Below, piece after piece: positions 39,470 through 54,127 of a DNA stretch of 64,000 bases. Each line of letters opens with the position of its first letter. Position 1 is the first letter of the stretch. The translations under genes and the position numbers were made by a program. Source of the stretch: Octopus vulgaris (lineage: Eukaryota); NCBI GenBank assembly GCA_951406725.2, contig OX597823.1:44888001-44952000 (forward strand), read 5' to 3'. The notes below the pieces were generated by a model, which was not told the origin of the DNA, did no database searches, and saw nothing but the letters and a program-made list of their open reading frames with translations.

Positions 39470-40560
39470 TGAACAAAATTTGCCAATGTCATGTTCTCGA
39501 ATACCTGCAGTAAAAAGGTTTAGCCCCCTAGGACATTCATGCTAACATGGTTGCTACATTAGGGGACGACATTCCAGCTTTATCAACAATGTAAAAGTAG
39601 GCAATTGAATTTAGGAGGGGAAGAAAGACTCTTGAAGGTGACCCAAGGTCAGGATGTCATGCAACTGCCACTACTGAGGAAACCATTGATCATGTTCACC
39701 ACATGATGGCTGACAGACTATCAATCAAATAGCCAATACTATAAGCATATCCTGTGAGAGAGTTAAGAATAGTCTGTACAACAATCTTGGCATGATGAAG
39801 GTTTCTGCTTGGTGGGTGTCATGTTGTCTGACACCTGGTCAAAAGTGCACAAGACTGTTCACATCACAACAGTATCTGACATTATCTGAGGCAGATATAG
39901 CTGGCTTCCTAACCCAGGATGTTTGTTGGATTCATCACTTTGAGCCAGATGAAAAGACAAAGAGACAATCCATGCAGTGGAAACACCCCTCTTCACCTGT
40001 TCCAAAGAAGGCCATGGCCGTTTCATCTGCAGGGAAAGTGATGGCCTCAGTTTTTTGGAATGTAAAAGGCTTTGTATTTATTGACTATTTTCAAAAGGGC
40101 CACACCATCAGTGGAGAGTACTGTGCCAACTTGCTGAGGCACTTATAAAGGCTATTAAGACCAAGTGCCCAGGAAAACTGATGAAAGGGGTCTTGTTTCA
40201 TGAGGACAATGCTCCAGCACAGAAGTTTTTGGTTTCAATGGAGGGTGTGTGTGACTGTGGCTTTGAACTGGTTGCTTAAGCTCCCTATTCTCATGATTTG
40301 GCTCCACCTGACTATCATCTGTGCCACAACGTGAAAAATAAAACTTGGTTGAGAAGCAGTATTGCAATAATAGTGATGTCATATATGCTGATGATGACGT
40401 TTTTGACCAACAAGATGAAAACTTCTTCACCAATGGGATCCAAGCACTGCAACACTAATGTAAGAAGTGTGTGAATTGCAAGGAGGACTATGCTGAAAAC
40501 TAAACCGCATTTGCTCACATTCCATGAGCGTCTTGGTGAAACTATATACTTTTCAGCTGA
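39470..40560 (+). mobile_element. Decayed mariner (Tc1/mariner) transposon
   Basis: Transposase remnants WIHHFEP..KRQSMQWKHPSSPVPKK..SAGKVMASVFWN.KG...IDY, HEDNAPA and PYSHDLAPPDYHL (YSPDLAP motif), with stops and frameshifts. Confidence 0.88.
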
Positions 40561-42677
40561 CGAGAAGAAAGAAAAACAAAAGCAAAACTCCCAAGAACAA
40601 TCAAGGAAAACTTCAAAATAAAAATAAAAACAAACACCAGGACAAGAAAGACCTCTAATAATGAAGAAACCAGAAATAGAAGAAGGAAAAAACACACACG
40701 GATGTATAAATTTTACCTCAAAGTTGTCTGCTGGCACAGAGACAATGACACAAACTGATTTCATACTTAGTTGTATAAAACACTGCTGCATATCAAGTTC
40801 TACATCTTTTATTCCCTATTTACATGATTATTTGTTACTACTTAATACACAAACTAGCCTTCATTGAAAAATCATTCAGCCCCATCTACTCTTTCTCTTA
40901 TCACAGAGTCTTCTTAACTTTTGTTGCTTTCCACAAGAACTATTAATTTATCTGGAAGAATGAGGCACATTTTTAAATGATTGATTCTGTGTGTGTCTCT
41001 AGAAGAAACCAAAGTTCATATGGCACACATCTCCAAATTCCATGAAGAAAAAAATAAAAACACAGCAAAATGAAATAATGCACCCAGTGGGAAGTATCTC
41101 TCAAAGTTTACTAGATACTATATGAACATGTATTCAGTATTTCTTTCAGGTCAACAAAGGCTGAAAATCATGTCCTCTTGTTGAAACTTGTAAACAACTG
41201 TCAGTCTTTGGCTTCTATCTCAGACAATTACAATGTTATGAGCTTAATAGCAACAAAAACATCAACGAAATACAAGGAAAAAAAACTTGAAAAACTGAAC
41301 CAAAAATTGTATTCTTTCAATTGTTGTATACACACTAGTAATTTCTAAATTTTGTTACAGCATGAGTAAATAAGTTTTCAGATGCAGAATTAATTCACCA
41401 TTTGCTATATGTTATGGTGGACCTTCAATGTTTTTTGACATTACAGTACATAGTACAAGTGAATTGGGGAGGGGGGGCAGCTTTACAACTTTTTATTTCC
41501 TTCACTATAAATATAAGACTTTGTGGTTATCTAAGTATGTATGTGTGTGGAGCTTTGTAAAAAGAAGACAACAAGACATTACATCAATATTATCAAGCAA
41601 ATAGTACATTTTTTTTTACACCTAGTTGCTTCTCACTGTTAGTGCATTAATAACGCATGAGAATGTAGAGATTATTAAGAAACACATATGTACATATAAG
41701 CAAACAATGCCCTACAAACACATATACAATATATACACACACATAAATTTCTGTTTTTTTTAAACCCTGAGGCTATATAATGTGGTTACTGACCAGATGT
41801 TACAACATTTATTCTTTTCCATCACAACCCTCATTAATTTCTCAGTATGCTTTAACCCCAGGCCTCCTCTGACCAAAGCTGGTAAAAATGTGACCATTGC
41901 ATCTTATTTTCAAATACAAAAAAATATTCACATTATTCAATGAGTCTATGTTTTGTTTTTTGGACAGTAGGGTATGATGAGGGATGTTTGGTTGTTATTT
42001 GTAGTAGGTCAAGCTGCAAAGGAACCTCCCCTTTTGGCTCAATGCCAATCTATATCAACTTCCCTATGGTATAGCACAGTAGCTCTCAACCTTTCGTAGC
42101 TCAGTATCCCCTTTCACGGAATGGTCTTACAAACTCATAACTTATGCTTTGAAAAGAAATTGCAGATTATTTTGATTGATTAAAAGCAGATTTTGTACAG
42201 TAGTTTCTTATCTATATTTTCTTATAGCTTTCTATCAGTATGTGCCTCATTGTAGGTGCTACAAGGGCCAGTACATCTTATGGCAATTGTTTTATGGATC
42301 TTACTAAAGAAGATAAGAACTTATGTAATAAAATTATGTTGGACCTTGCCACATCAGTCACATTTTTCTGCTCAGTGACATAACACAAAGAAAAACATTT
42401 AAGAAAAAATGTTTAAAGTATAATTATCATACAGAGCTTAAATGTTGTGTTTCTAAGAAAAATCACGACTCATCTAAACATCCAGGGCTTCTGTTAAAAT
42501 TTTCTCCCAACTTGCGAGCTCACGGTGCCAAGACCCTCTCTGTGCAATGAAGTGATGCTATTCAAGTTATGCATACAGACCAATTATGGAAACATCCTTA
42601 CAATTCAACCAATGATGCATGCATGTATGTACATGTGCATGCACACACACACACAAATATATACATACATTATCATA

Positions 42678-43740
42678 AAGTTGGTGCAAAAATAATTGTG
42701 CTTTTTGTTAAACTTTGATGCTTATTTTAGAATAAATTTTTATTTGCCGATGCTCAAGTAATATATTATTTTGAAGTGCCTATTTTATTCTTTTCTAATG
42801 GTTTTGCCTTATCTGTTTCTTCTGGTATATTTTAGGCTGTTGAAATTAAAAATGCAAAAAAAAAAAAAAGCACATTCAAGCAATTTTATTGTACATAAAT
42901 TCAAAATGGAATCCTAAGCAGTAGAAACTGCTCACAGTACTGGACAAACATTTAGCCAAGGGGACCATCACAAACATAGTTTAACATTGGTTCCTAAAAT
43001 TATGTAATGGAGATAAGAGCCTTAGTGGTGAGGAATGTCACAGGCAACCAGCTGCAGTTATAAACAACCAACTGAAGGCCACTACTGAAGACTCATGTAA
43101 AGCAACTCAACATTGCTATTCAACAAATGGGGAGGAGAAAACTACAACTATTTAGTCTGCACTTCTTTTGAATAACAATAACATGTTACAATGTGACATG
43201 TAGTGAAAAATAGATTCTGTGCAACAATCAATGGTATTTCATGCAATAAATGGACTGAGGTGAAGTACCAAAACACTTTTCCAGACTGATGTTCCATCAA
43301 ATAAAGTCTATGGTTACTGTTTGGTGGTTTGCCTGTGCAATCATTGTTTAGCATTTCTTGAACTCTGACAAAACCATCACAGCAAAAACAATACCAGGAA
43401 ACCAATAAAATGCACAAAGAACTGCAATATTTACATTCAACATTATTAAATTGAGAAAGCTCAATTTTTTTCCTTGACAATATCTGACCATGGCTGACAA
43501 ATAACTCTCCAGAAACTGTACAAACAAGGCTACAAATTTACCTCCATGATCTTACACTCTACACCTGTCTCTGACCAACTACCACATTTCCACATTTTTT
43601 TCCTCGCCTAATAACTTCTGGCAAATGAAAGTCTTTGAAAACCAAGTGTCAGTTCAAAACACCTCAAAAATATTCTTCAGCTCCATTTTATACTACCAAA
43701 CTAAAAACTTGTTTCTTGTGGGAATGTTATCAAATCTGAA
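42678..43740 (+). mobile_element. Old mariner relic with Hsmar1/MADE1-like terminal repeat
   Basis: Starts aagttggtgcaaaaataattgtgctttt, which resembles mariner TIRs, followed by frameshifted transposase-like sequence (...AVETAHS...FSQG). Confidence 0.6.
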
Positions 43741-44595
43741 CTTCACAAACAGAACAGATGAAAACAAACAATTGAAAAAGAAACATAGTGACTAAATCTA
43801 CTGAACAGAAACACCCAAAAATTGAGAATATGATATAGATCTGGTAAACTACCATATAATAACTGTATCACCATTATCATTAACTCATTGAGAAGCATAC
43901 TCCTTCATTTGAGACACACATATATTACTTTCCTCTTGAAATTTTTCCCCAGCAGTTGACTTCAAGTCATTCTCAAGAAACATTTGAACATATTTTTGTT
44001 GAGCTTCATCAGAATCTCCAAAAATTTGTAATTACACATCAGTTGTCGACATTCTATGTCTTCTTTCGTAAACAACTGTGTCAGAAGTATGTAGCTGCAG
44101 CAAGCTTCATGAGTGAAAAAAAAAATGGAAATGAAGAAAAATATTCAAAACAACACTTTAAATAGTGCTGTCTGTTAGCAGACATTTGTAAATAGCCTAA
44201 GAGTAGCCAACCTATTTTTAGTTTGACTGAATTTTTAGCAATGGATTTGACATTCCTACTATATAGGAAGTCTGAAATTAGTCGTAAAACCTGATATATT
44301 CTTAAATATACTCTACTAGCATTTTTACAAGTCTATGTGAGAGTATAAATGAGACACATTGTTGTATGTGTGTAACAGATGCTTCTAATGATGGATGATA
44401 CTCTTCAGGGATTCCAAGTCAAAGTGCTGAAAATTAGATACCATTTGCATTTGTTACAATGAGAATGGCCTTTTGTCATAGTCTTTCTAACCAAACCATA
44501 CAACTGGTTGATAACCTTTTAAGTAGTTTGTATATTGTTTTTGGTAATGCACATTAGAAAGAAATCAGTAGTTTACTTCAGTGTAAAAGTGAATG

Positions 44596-44639
<44 letters not shown>

Positions 44640-44964
44640 AGCCAATGTTTTGGTAAATTATAACCTTTCCTCATCGTCTTATCATCGTCATGGTTTTGTT
44701 CTCTTCTATGTCATTAATATTCTTTCTGAAAATAAGCACATCATCTATGTATTTGCTTAATATGGATTTTGTTATTTATGGTACAGATAACAAGCTGTTT
44801 TTATTGTTTGAGATTTTCATATCTCTAAACTGCAATACTCCAGTACTCATCATGACATGGAATGATATCACTGGAATTACTTCTGGATAAATAATATATA
44901 ATCAAGTGTGGGCTAATGTAATGTAGTGAGCCAAAGCACGTTTTAACTATTAATATTTCATGCA

Positions 44965-45165
44965 CTAGGCAGAATCATTAGCATGCTGGGTAAAATGCTT
45001 AGTTGCATTTCATCCGTCTTTATGCTCTGAATTAAAATTCCGCTGAGATCAACTTTGCCTTTCATCCTTTTAGGCACTCATAAAATAAGTACCAGTTGAG
45101 CAAAGGGTTCAATGTAATCAACTTACCCCTTGCCCTAAAATTGCTGACCTTGTGCCAAAGTTTGA
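44965..45165 (+). mobile_element. SINE family B-related copy
   Basis: ggcagaatcattagcatgctgggtaaaatgcttag...ctttgcctttcatcctttt. Confidence 0.7.
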
Positions 45166-46329
45166 AATGAATATTTCACCTACCTACCAACTTAAGAGAA
45201 AACTCATTAACTTCTTGTCGAGAAAGACAATGAAAATAACTGACATTCCAAATGTTCCAAATTTAATGAAGAATGGGTATGTAATAGGGAGTAAATCTAA
45301 TCTTTTGGCAAGAGCTCCTTAGTGAAGCACAGTCTTACACATACTTAGATCTTAGAATGATTGAGATACTTCATAACTGAGTAGTTAACAACTTGCACAA
45401 TCTGCTTCAAATGACAAAGGGTGTGTTGAATAATGTTGTTCTAGATACATTTGTTTCTGAACATAACATAGTCACAGCTGGAATACCATTGATCATTGCT
45501 ACTTGGGCTAATGGAGCAATGCAAGGGGCAGATTTCCTCTCCACTTTATGCTCCCCCATTCAATTTTCAGTTACTTTGAATTTCTGAATTGTCTTCCTTG
45601 ACTTTCTTGGCAAGAAACCAAGGATTTTTCTCTTCATTAGTTAGAAAAGTAGCTGTACTATTAAGAGTTTAAGCATTTGTTGATTCAGTATGTTAAATAA
45701 AAAATATGCTTAACTATATATTTATTATGCAGAAGACATTCCTGTGAAATGTTCTCATATCATGACAGTATTGTCAGTTTAGAGATATGAAAATATCAGA
45801 AGATAAAAGATAGCTCTGTATTTATACCATAAATAACAAAACTCACATTAAATATATCCATAGTATTTACTTTAGATAAGAGTAAAGGCATGAGTACAAT
45901 AGACTTGACATGAATAGAAGAAGAGTACAAAACTATGAGGACGATAAGGAGGTGACATTAGGTTATAATTTACCAAAACAGTGACCATGTCAGTCCAGTA
46001 ATCTGTATGTGTGAGTGTGTGTGTGTGTATGTGTGTGTGCATGCATGCGCAAACATACTTCAAGTCACTTTTGCACTCAAACAACCAAATAATTTCTTTC
46101 TAATGTGCATAGTTAAAAAAAAATTCAAACTATTAGTTATCAACCAGTTATGTGACCTGGTGAGATAAGCTATAACAAAGGCCATCCACATCATAATAAA
46201 TCACATAATTTTCAGTGAACCAAATCAAAAGAAGTATTGCTTAGGAGCACAATATGATACTTTTATTAAGACTTTGAACTCATATACTTGAGGTATATTG
46301 CCCATCCTCCTTAGTTTAAAGTATCTTTT

Positions 46330-46630
46330 ATCTTTTATTTATTTCAGTCATTAAAATTTGGCCATGTTGGGGCACCACCTTTTAGAATTTTAGTTAAATG
46401 AACTGAACCGAGTACTTTTTTTTTAAGCCTGGTACATATTCTATCAGCCTCTTATGCCAAACTGCTAAATTACAGGGACATAATCACATCAACACCCATT
46501 GACAAGTGGTGGTGTGGAACAAACACAGACAGACAAACAAATAGACACACGCACATATGATGAGCTTCTTTCTGTTTCCATTGACCAAATCCACTCTCAA
46601 GGCTTTAGTCGGTCCAAGGTTATAGTAGAA
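46330..46630 (-). mobile_element. SINE family A, truncated copy
   Basis: tttcagtcatt...ggccatgttggggcaccacc...caaatccactctcaaggcttt. Confidence 0.7.
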
Positions 46631-47554
46631 ATTTTAAAGGTACATAGTTTCAAAGATTCAATAACAAATATGCAGTCATGAAAGAAGCCCCATTTTTTAT
46701 GTTAATAGAGAAAAGTATAGGGATCTGTGTCAGTAAGAGCTAACCATTTGTATATCTACCTACAAGTGTGTATGTGTGTGTGCACGTGCATGCATGCCAC
46801 TTCAGAGTCAGTATGGTATGGCTTCAGTGCCATTGTGGGTGTTGCTGTCACAATGGTAAGTGCTGAGACAAATAAGACAAAACATCTCATTCAAGGCTCA
46901 AACAGTTCCAACAGTCCACCCCCACCTCATCTAGATTGGTACTTTTTACCCATCCCTGCAAAGTTGAAAAACAAAGTCAGTCTTGGTGGGATTTGAACTG
47001 AGAGTATAGTGCATCAAAACAGATACGACAAAGCATTCTATCCAACACTTTAACACAATTCGGTCAATTTGCTGCCTCCGTATTAAAGTAAATATCAAAT
47101 AAACAAACCAGATGACATTTTATTAATAACTTGACATCTTACTTTACACATGTCACACAGCTGTTGCATTCTGACTTATGTCTGTCAAATGGTTGCATTT
47201 CACACAGTCTTGCAATATGTAACTCACATTCCATAACTTGCTGTAGATTACTGCATGCAATATACTCTGTCAACCAATACTTATGCAGCACATACTTTAT
47301 AGCACAAGGTCCTTATCCTGTGCCATAAAGTATATACTGCATACTTGTGCTATAAAGTATATACAACATACCTCAGTCTTTATGTAGTATATACATTAAA
47401 TCCCACAGTCCTTACACAGTGTATACATTACATATCAGAATCCTTATGTAGCATACACATTACATACCATAGCCTTTATGCAGTAAACATATACCACAAA
47501 GTCCGTATGCAGTATACACATACTACACAGCATCAATGTAGTATTATAGTTAGC

Positions 47555-50067
47555 TGCTACAAGGGTAAAGGCTTTAGATAGAAATAACTACAGGGGTATC
47601 AAGCTGTTACAGAGGTAACTACAAAGGTATCAAGCCAATCATGAAAATTACAGAAAGAATTATATCTCAACTGATTAGGGATAGAATTAAGCTACATGAG
47701 ATGCAGTTTGGTTTTGTTCCATGGAGAAGTACCACAGATGCCATCTTCATAGTGAGACAATTGCAAGAAAAGTATTTGACCAAAAGTAAACCATTGTACT
47801 TAGCCTTCGTTGACTTAAAGAAAGCTTTTGACAGGGTTCCCCACTCTCTTATTTGGTGGTCTCTAAGGAAGCTAGGAATAGAGGAGTAGCTTATTAGAGC
47901 CATTCCAGCCATGTACAGTCAGTAAGGTGAGAGTCAGCTTTGAATACAGTGATGAATTTAGCGTACAAGTTGGAGTTCACCAGGGTTCAGTTCTTAGTTC
48001 ACTCTTATTCATCATAGTTCTCCAGGCCATATCAGAGGAATTCAAAACTCAATGCCCATGGGAACTACTATATATTGATGATCTTGCTCTTATTGCAGAA
48101 TCTGAAGCAGAATTGGAGAAGTTCAGGGTTTGGAAACAAAACCTGGAATCAAAGGACCTTAAAGTTAATTTAAAGACTAAAGTTGTTAGCAAGAAAACAA
48201 ATAAAACTCTCCTTCCATCAGGTAAATGGCTCTGCTCAATATGTAGGAAATGAGAGGGATGCAATTCCATTTGCTGCACCAAGTATAAGCTATGGATGCC
48301 TAAGAGATGTAGTAGAATCATAAGTAGGTTAACAGATAGGATCGCTTTCATGTGTCACAGATACACTGGAACAATAAGTACTAAGGGCACGAGGGACTTA
48401 AACTCTCTCAAATGCCCAAGAGGCTCTCTTGAGGTAGCAGATAGTTTCTGCTATCTAGTTGACCAAATTAATAAAGGTGGTGGATGCTCTGAAAGTATTG
48501 TTTCTAGAATAAGAATAGGATGGAAGAAGATCGGATAGCTACTACCTCTGTTGGACATAAGAGGACTCTATCGCAGAGTGAAAGGTAGATTGTATGATGC
48601 CTGTGTGAGAGCAGCTATATTACATGGAAGTGAGACATGGGCTAGGACTGCAGAGGACATGCATAGACTGGAGAGGAATGAAGGGAGTATACTCAGCTGG
48701 ATTTGCACAGCAGTGTTCATGACTGACAAAGCTCAACTGTGTTGAGAAAAAAGTTAGGTGTAAGAGGGATTCAAGGTGGCATGCTGGAGAAGAGCATGCA
48801 TAGGTTTGGACATGTGATGCGTATATGTGAAGACAGCTGTATAAAGAAGTGCTGAGCACTAAAAGTGGATGGTACCTGTAGAAGGGGGAGACCCAGGAAG
48901 ACATGGGATGAAGTGGTGAGGACTGATCTTAAGATGCTGGAGCTCACAAAGGAAATGACAATAGACCGAGATGTTTGATGATATGAGGTTCTAGAGAAGA
49001 CCCACCCATATCAATGAAACTGAGTGCTAGAAGAGTTGTGTCCCACCCACATGTAACAACAAACTTTTCACACACCCTACTCCAAGAAACCAAACTATAT
49101 CTTCTCTTCTAAACAGCATCTCTCTCACATTTCCTTTTCATAAACTATGATTGTCACTGCAATCCCCATTCCCTACCTTCACCTTCTTGGCAACACTTGA
49201 CCGTGCATATTATGACCTTCGTATCTCGCTTTTCTTTACTGTACCATCACATCTATGCTCTAATATTTGCTACTTGTAAATATATCCTGGCACTTCACCA
49301 CCTCTCTCCTGCTCTCTCTTACACTTTTGCTGTTTCCTACTCTCTCCCCCCCCTTTCCCTTGCTCTTCCCTCTGACTAGGTAGCCATATATCTCCTCTAC
49401 AACAACACACCTATTTCTGCTCTCATTCTTGGTTACTCTCTCTCACTGGATAACCATGTACCTCTTCTATAGCAAGACGCCAATTTCTGCTCTCATTCTT
49501 GGTTGCTCTCTCTCTCTCTCACTGGATAACCATATACCTCCTCTATAGCAAGACACCTATTTCTGCCTCCCTATCTCTCTGTCACACATCATTTGATACT
49601 GGATTACCTCCTCTAATACCCACTCTGTTATAGCAAGACACCTGTTTCTGCCTCTCTATCTCTTTGTCACCCTATAACTTTTCATCATCTGACACAAGTT
49701 CCCCTCCTCCAATGCCCCTACTCCTCTCATAATTCCTTGTCTTGCGAGTTACTTGGTGACCCTACCAGTGCTGGTGTCACATAAGAAGCATTCAGTCCCC
49801 ACTGTAAAGTAGTTGGAATTTGAAAGGGCATCCAGCTGTAAAAATCATGCCGAAACTAACCTTGTCTGTGCTAGTGTGATGTAAAAAGCACAGAGTCCAC
49901 TCTGCTGAGTGGTTGGTGTTAAGAAGGGCAACTAGCTGTAAAAACTCTGCCAAAATAGACACAGTAGCGTAGGGTAGTTTTTCTTCCTGGCTAGCTTCTG
50001 TGAACTATTCTACCCATGCTTGCATGGAAGATGGATGTTAAACAATGATGATGATGATGATGATGAT
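47555..50067 (+). mobile_element. 5'-truncated RTE-clade LINE pseudo-element: RT ORF remnants, 3' UTR and (GAT)n tail
   Basis: RT motifs QFGFVP..STTDAIFIVRQLQEK, LAFVDLKKAFDRV, GVHQGSVLSSLLF and LLYIDDLAL (YADD-type), plus HGSETW, all broken by stops and frameshifts. Ends gatgatgatgat at about 50067. Confidence 0.88.
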
Positions 50068-50529
50068 ATATATGTATTCAGTTATATAATATGTACATTA
50101 CATGTTACACAATCTTCAAACTGCTTCTATGAAATGTCACACAGACCTTTAGTGATTGAAACGCATCACTGTATTCAACTGCTGTAAATATGCACTTCAT
50201 GTCACAAAGCCTGGTGCAGTGTGCATCAAATGCATGAGATGTGCCAAGATATGCAAATGAAACCTAAGTTAAAACAGTAAAAATTACAGCAAGTAAAGAA
50301 AGGATTGAGTCAATTTTAAATTATAAAATATAGAATAAATGGATGAAAAAAAATAATGGGAATCTGGGAAAATGGAGGGCAAAGAGGTATGAAAAAAAGA
50401 ATAGAGAGAAATAAAGAAAGAAATGATTTGAAGGAAATAAAGAAATGATTTAGATGGAAATAAATAGAAGGAAATTAGAAAAGAGAAAAAGAACAAAAAT
50501 TATATAAGAGAAAAGAAAGAAAAACGAGG

Positions 50530-50842
50530 CAGCAAGAGTAATAACAAAAGCAGCATCACTAGCAGTAACGGCTGCTGCACCTCCGCTACCACCATCAATA
50601 GTTACTGCACCACCACCATCATCAACAGTAATGTACCAACACCTCCAACAATACTGTAGTATACCACCACTACCATCAAGAAAACTATTTTACTGCAACC
50701 ACCACCGACTGCAGTACTGTATTATTACAACCACCACCATAAACAGTAACTGTCTTACCACCTCCACCAACACCAGCATCAATTGCATTACAACCAACAA
50801 TAACTACAATAACAACAACAGCAACACCAATAACAACAGCAT
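50530..50842. repeat. Degenerate (CAC/CAA/CAG)n trinucleotide region
   Basis: Runs of accacc, aacaac and cagcag. Confidence 0.7.
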
Positions 50843-52039
50843 TTCAAAACACTATGTCCTTAATAGAATCTCTAATACAGAGTTGTCTAATGCCGAAAAG
50901 AATTAAAGAGTCTGATTGCTTGAAAGTCAAGGGACATTGCATTGATTCCGTAGGGATTTGGTAGTAATATTAAATGGGATGCTGCAGTCTTTCAGCTTAA
51001 GAAACTACATTAAAACAGCTACAATGCCAATGGAAGTTTACCAGTGACTCAATCTACCAATCATTTTTCAAATAAATTACAAAAAAAAACCAAAAAACAA
51101 GATGAAACAAAAGCAAAAGAATACATCTGAAAATATTTTGAAACACTTTGAAAAAAAAACAATAAAAGTGATTTCATGGTGAAAAAGGAAAATCAGGTTA
51201 AAGAAGAGAATTTTTTTTTTTTTTCAAAACCTGTCATTATAATAAGATTAAAAGGAATAAATGGAGACGAAAAAATATATAACAAGGAAGATGAAAGATT
51301 TAATAAAGAACAAGAACTATTTGCAACAACAGTCTTAGTGGGAGACTGTTTTTTTTTTTGCTTTTTAATGAAACTAGCAATATTATAACTAAACAGATAT
51401 AAACCTACAATTTCCTCTCTAGAAAACAATTCGAAACAGAAATTTCAACAAATATGTATTTTTTTTAAATATTCGTTTAAAAAAAATAATAAATGGTGGT
51501 TGAAAAAGATGAGATCTAACAAAAGCATACATGTAATTTTAAATTGGAGTCTTCACACACTCACATAGAGTAAAATACAACATGCACAAAGCATATGTGT
51601 GTTTATATAAATGTGTGTGTGTGTGTGTGTGTGCATGTACAGAATTTCATGAAAGCATCTGCTGAATCATAAGCCACTTTAAGAGTGCTTAATATCAAAA
51701 AGGTGTTTCAAGTAGCATGCAATTCTGTCTTAGGAGAGAAAAACCTAGCTAGGAATGGTTATTTATCTTGTGAGAAAAAGCCATTATATAAATGTTTCAT
51801 AATTCACATCCCTGCTATGAACGTCAATATAGCTTTCAATATGCAAGCCTACACACACACACACATAATGCAATAGGGTAGGGATTTGGAATTCAGGCAG
51901 ATGCCTTATTAGCACTCTGAAATAATCCAGATTTGGCTAACCAGTTCAAATGATAGGCAACATACAGAATTGTCAAAGATAAACAGTTACATGATACTTC
52001 ATTAGATTCCATAACTTACTTATACATATATATATATAT

Positions 52040-52400
52040 CTCATCATCATCATTGTCATCATCGTTTAACGTCTGACTTCCATGCTGGCATGGGTGGGAT
52101 GATTTGAGAGGAAGCCGGCCAGGCAGAAGCCTGCACCAGACACTGTGTCTGTTTTGGCAGGATTTTTACAGCAGGATGCCCTTTCTAACACCAACCACCC
52201 AACAGAGCGGACTGAGTGCATATTACATAGCACAAGCACAGGCGAGGTCAGTTTTGGCAAGTTTTTACAGTTGGATGCCCTTTTAAATGTCAACCACTTT
52301 GCAGTGTGGACCGAATGCTTTTTAAGTGGCACCTGCAGGTCACCAAGTAACTTGCAAGACAAAATATCTTTTGAGAGGAGAGGGGGCACTTGTGTCAGAT
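52040..52400 (-). mobile_element. RTE 3'-end fragment (LINE tail or tail-sharing SINE)
   Basis: Reverse complement of 49700-50067 with a (CAT)n start. Similar fragments at about 1790-1955, 5100-5308, 22035-22215, 55310-55500, 55640-55835, 55968-56110 and 56325-56610. Confidence 0.75.
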
Positions 52401-52469
52401 GATGAAAGGTTATAGTGAAACAGAGAGAGGTTGTTGTAGAAGAGGTACAAGGTGAGAGAGAGTAATGAT

Positions 52470-52695
52470 GGGGGACAACATAGACACAAAGACACACACA
52501 CACAGATACAGATAAACACACGCACACACACATATACATAATGGGCTTCTTACAGTTTCCATCTACCAAATGCACTCACAAGGCTTTCGTTGGCCTGAGG
52601 TTATAGTAGAAAACACTTGCCCAAGGTGCCACACAGTGGGACTGAACCCAGCACCATGTGGTTAGGAAGCAAGCTTCTTACCAGACAGTCATGCA
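52470..52695 (-). mobile_element. SINE family A, 5' half
   Basis: gggcttcttacagtttccatctaccaaat...gggactgaaccc...cttctta. Confidence 0.75.
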
Positions 52696-53758
52696 TTCCC
52701 TTTTCTTTTGACTCTTGATGGAGTTAGAGGGATGCAGTTATGTTGTAAACCAGTCTTTTCCATCTTCCGTGACTGGGTGCCAAAGCTTAGGTCTTCTCTC
52801 ATGATGTGTGTATGTGTATGTTTGTGTAATTGACTGATGGAGAAATTGGAGCATTGCAATATTTGCACCAGCTAACAGTACTTGATTTTCAAATCCTGCC
52901 AAGTCCAACTTTATATTTAATCCCTTTTTGAGATCAATAAAATACCAGCCTTTACTAGTGCAGTGCTCTCTTCTTTTGCCAAGTCAAAAGTAGGAGAGTC
53001 AAGGGGATGTCTGTGTCTGCTTGTGACTACCTGTTCCCATAATGCAATTAATGAAAGCCTACCAAGTGGTTAGCATTAGGAGGAGCATGCAGCTGTAAGA
53101 AACTGAACCAAACATTCTATGGAACCTGGTGTGGCCAGTTCCTGTCAAACTTTCCAACCCATGTCAGCATGGAAAATGGACATTAAATGCTGTCGATGAT
53201 ATATATATCTCACCCAAAAATTCAGGACTTCTTTTCTTATCAGAATGATAAGAGTGAGTTTTCCAAGCTGCTGTACCTTCGTAATTACCATTAGACTCAT
53301 CCAAATCTTCTCAACTTCTCTGCACTGTCCTCAGATTGATACCCAAAACACTCTGAAATGTTTGTATTGGAGCTTCCAGTGCAAATGCCAAGCAATACAG
53401 CATGTTGTTTTCAAATTTCTGGCAGGGTGAATTGTGTCATGGTGCTGTTTTTCTCACAGATGGTACCCAACTGATCCTACTATACTGTTTAGTCAATAAA
53501 TCCAAAACAAACTATGTATATGCGCGAAATTAAAAATATAAAGTGGCAACAATTTACCCATTGCACCCTCTGTGTGTGTGGGTGGGTGTATAAAGAAATG
53601 ATTAAGATTCAGTTGACTTATGTACTTAAATTGAGGCATGAAGTCAGTCTAGTATTATCCACAGAGCTCGAACTAAGGTGAATAAAAACCAAATAAGTAA
53701 CAAGGATGTCAAGGCATTAAGGTATTAATACCTTGACATCTTTGTCACTTATTTGATT

Positions 53759-53792
<34 letters not shown>

Positions 53793-54076
53793 CATACACA
53801 CACACATATGGTGGAGAAATTGAACAAAATGTCTAAATGGATGATGAATAAAGCACTGGTACATTTTTGATTACTTGTTGTTATCAGTAGATTTACTGCA
53901 GGACTTTGTAGTGGTGGTTGGGAGAGATGGAATTTGTATAAGACTTGGATTTATGTCCAGTTATAACAGAAACAATTTTACATTAATCTGAAGGGTTACA
54001 CAATACTTATGTAAAGAACAAATATATTATGCTTAAACAAGGATATTATTGACCGAGACTTTGAAGTTTCAACTAG

Positions 54077-54127
<51 letters not shown>

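Noticed and set aside
50148-50263. Possible cryptic minus-strand exon inside the U12 intron (long pyrimidine tract, ttttaacttAG acceptor, AAG|GTCTGT donor)
   Set aside because: It has no similarity to syntaxin-6, STX6 exons 2 and 3 already join seamlessly, and there is no support without RNA data.
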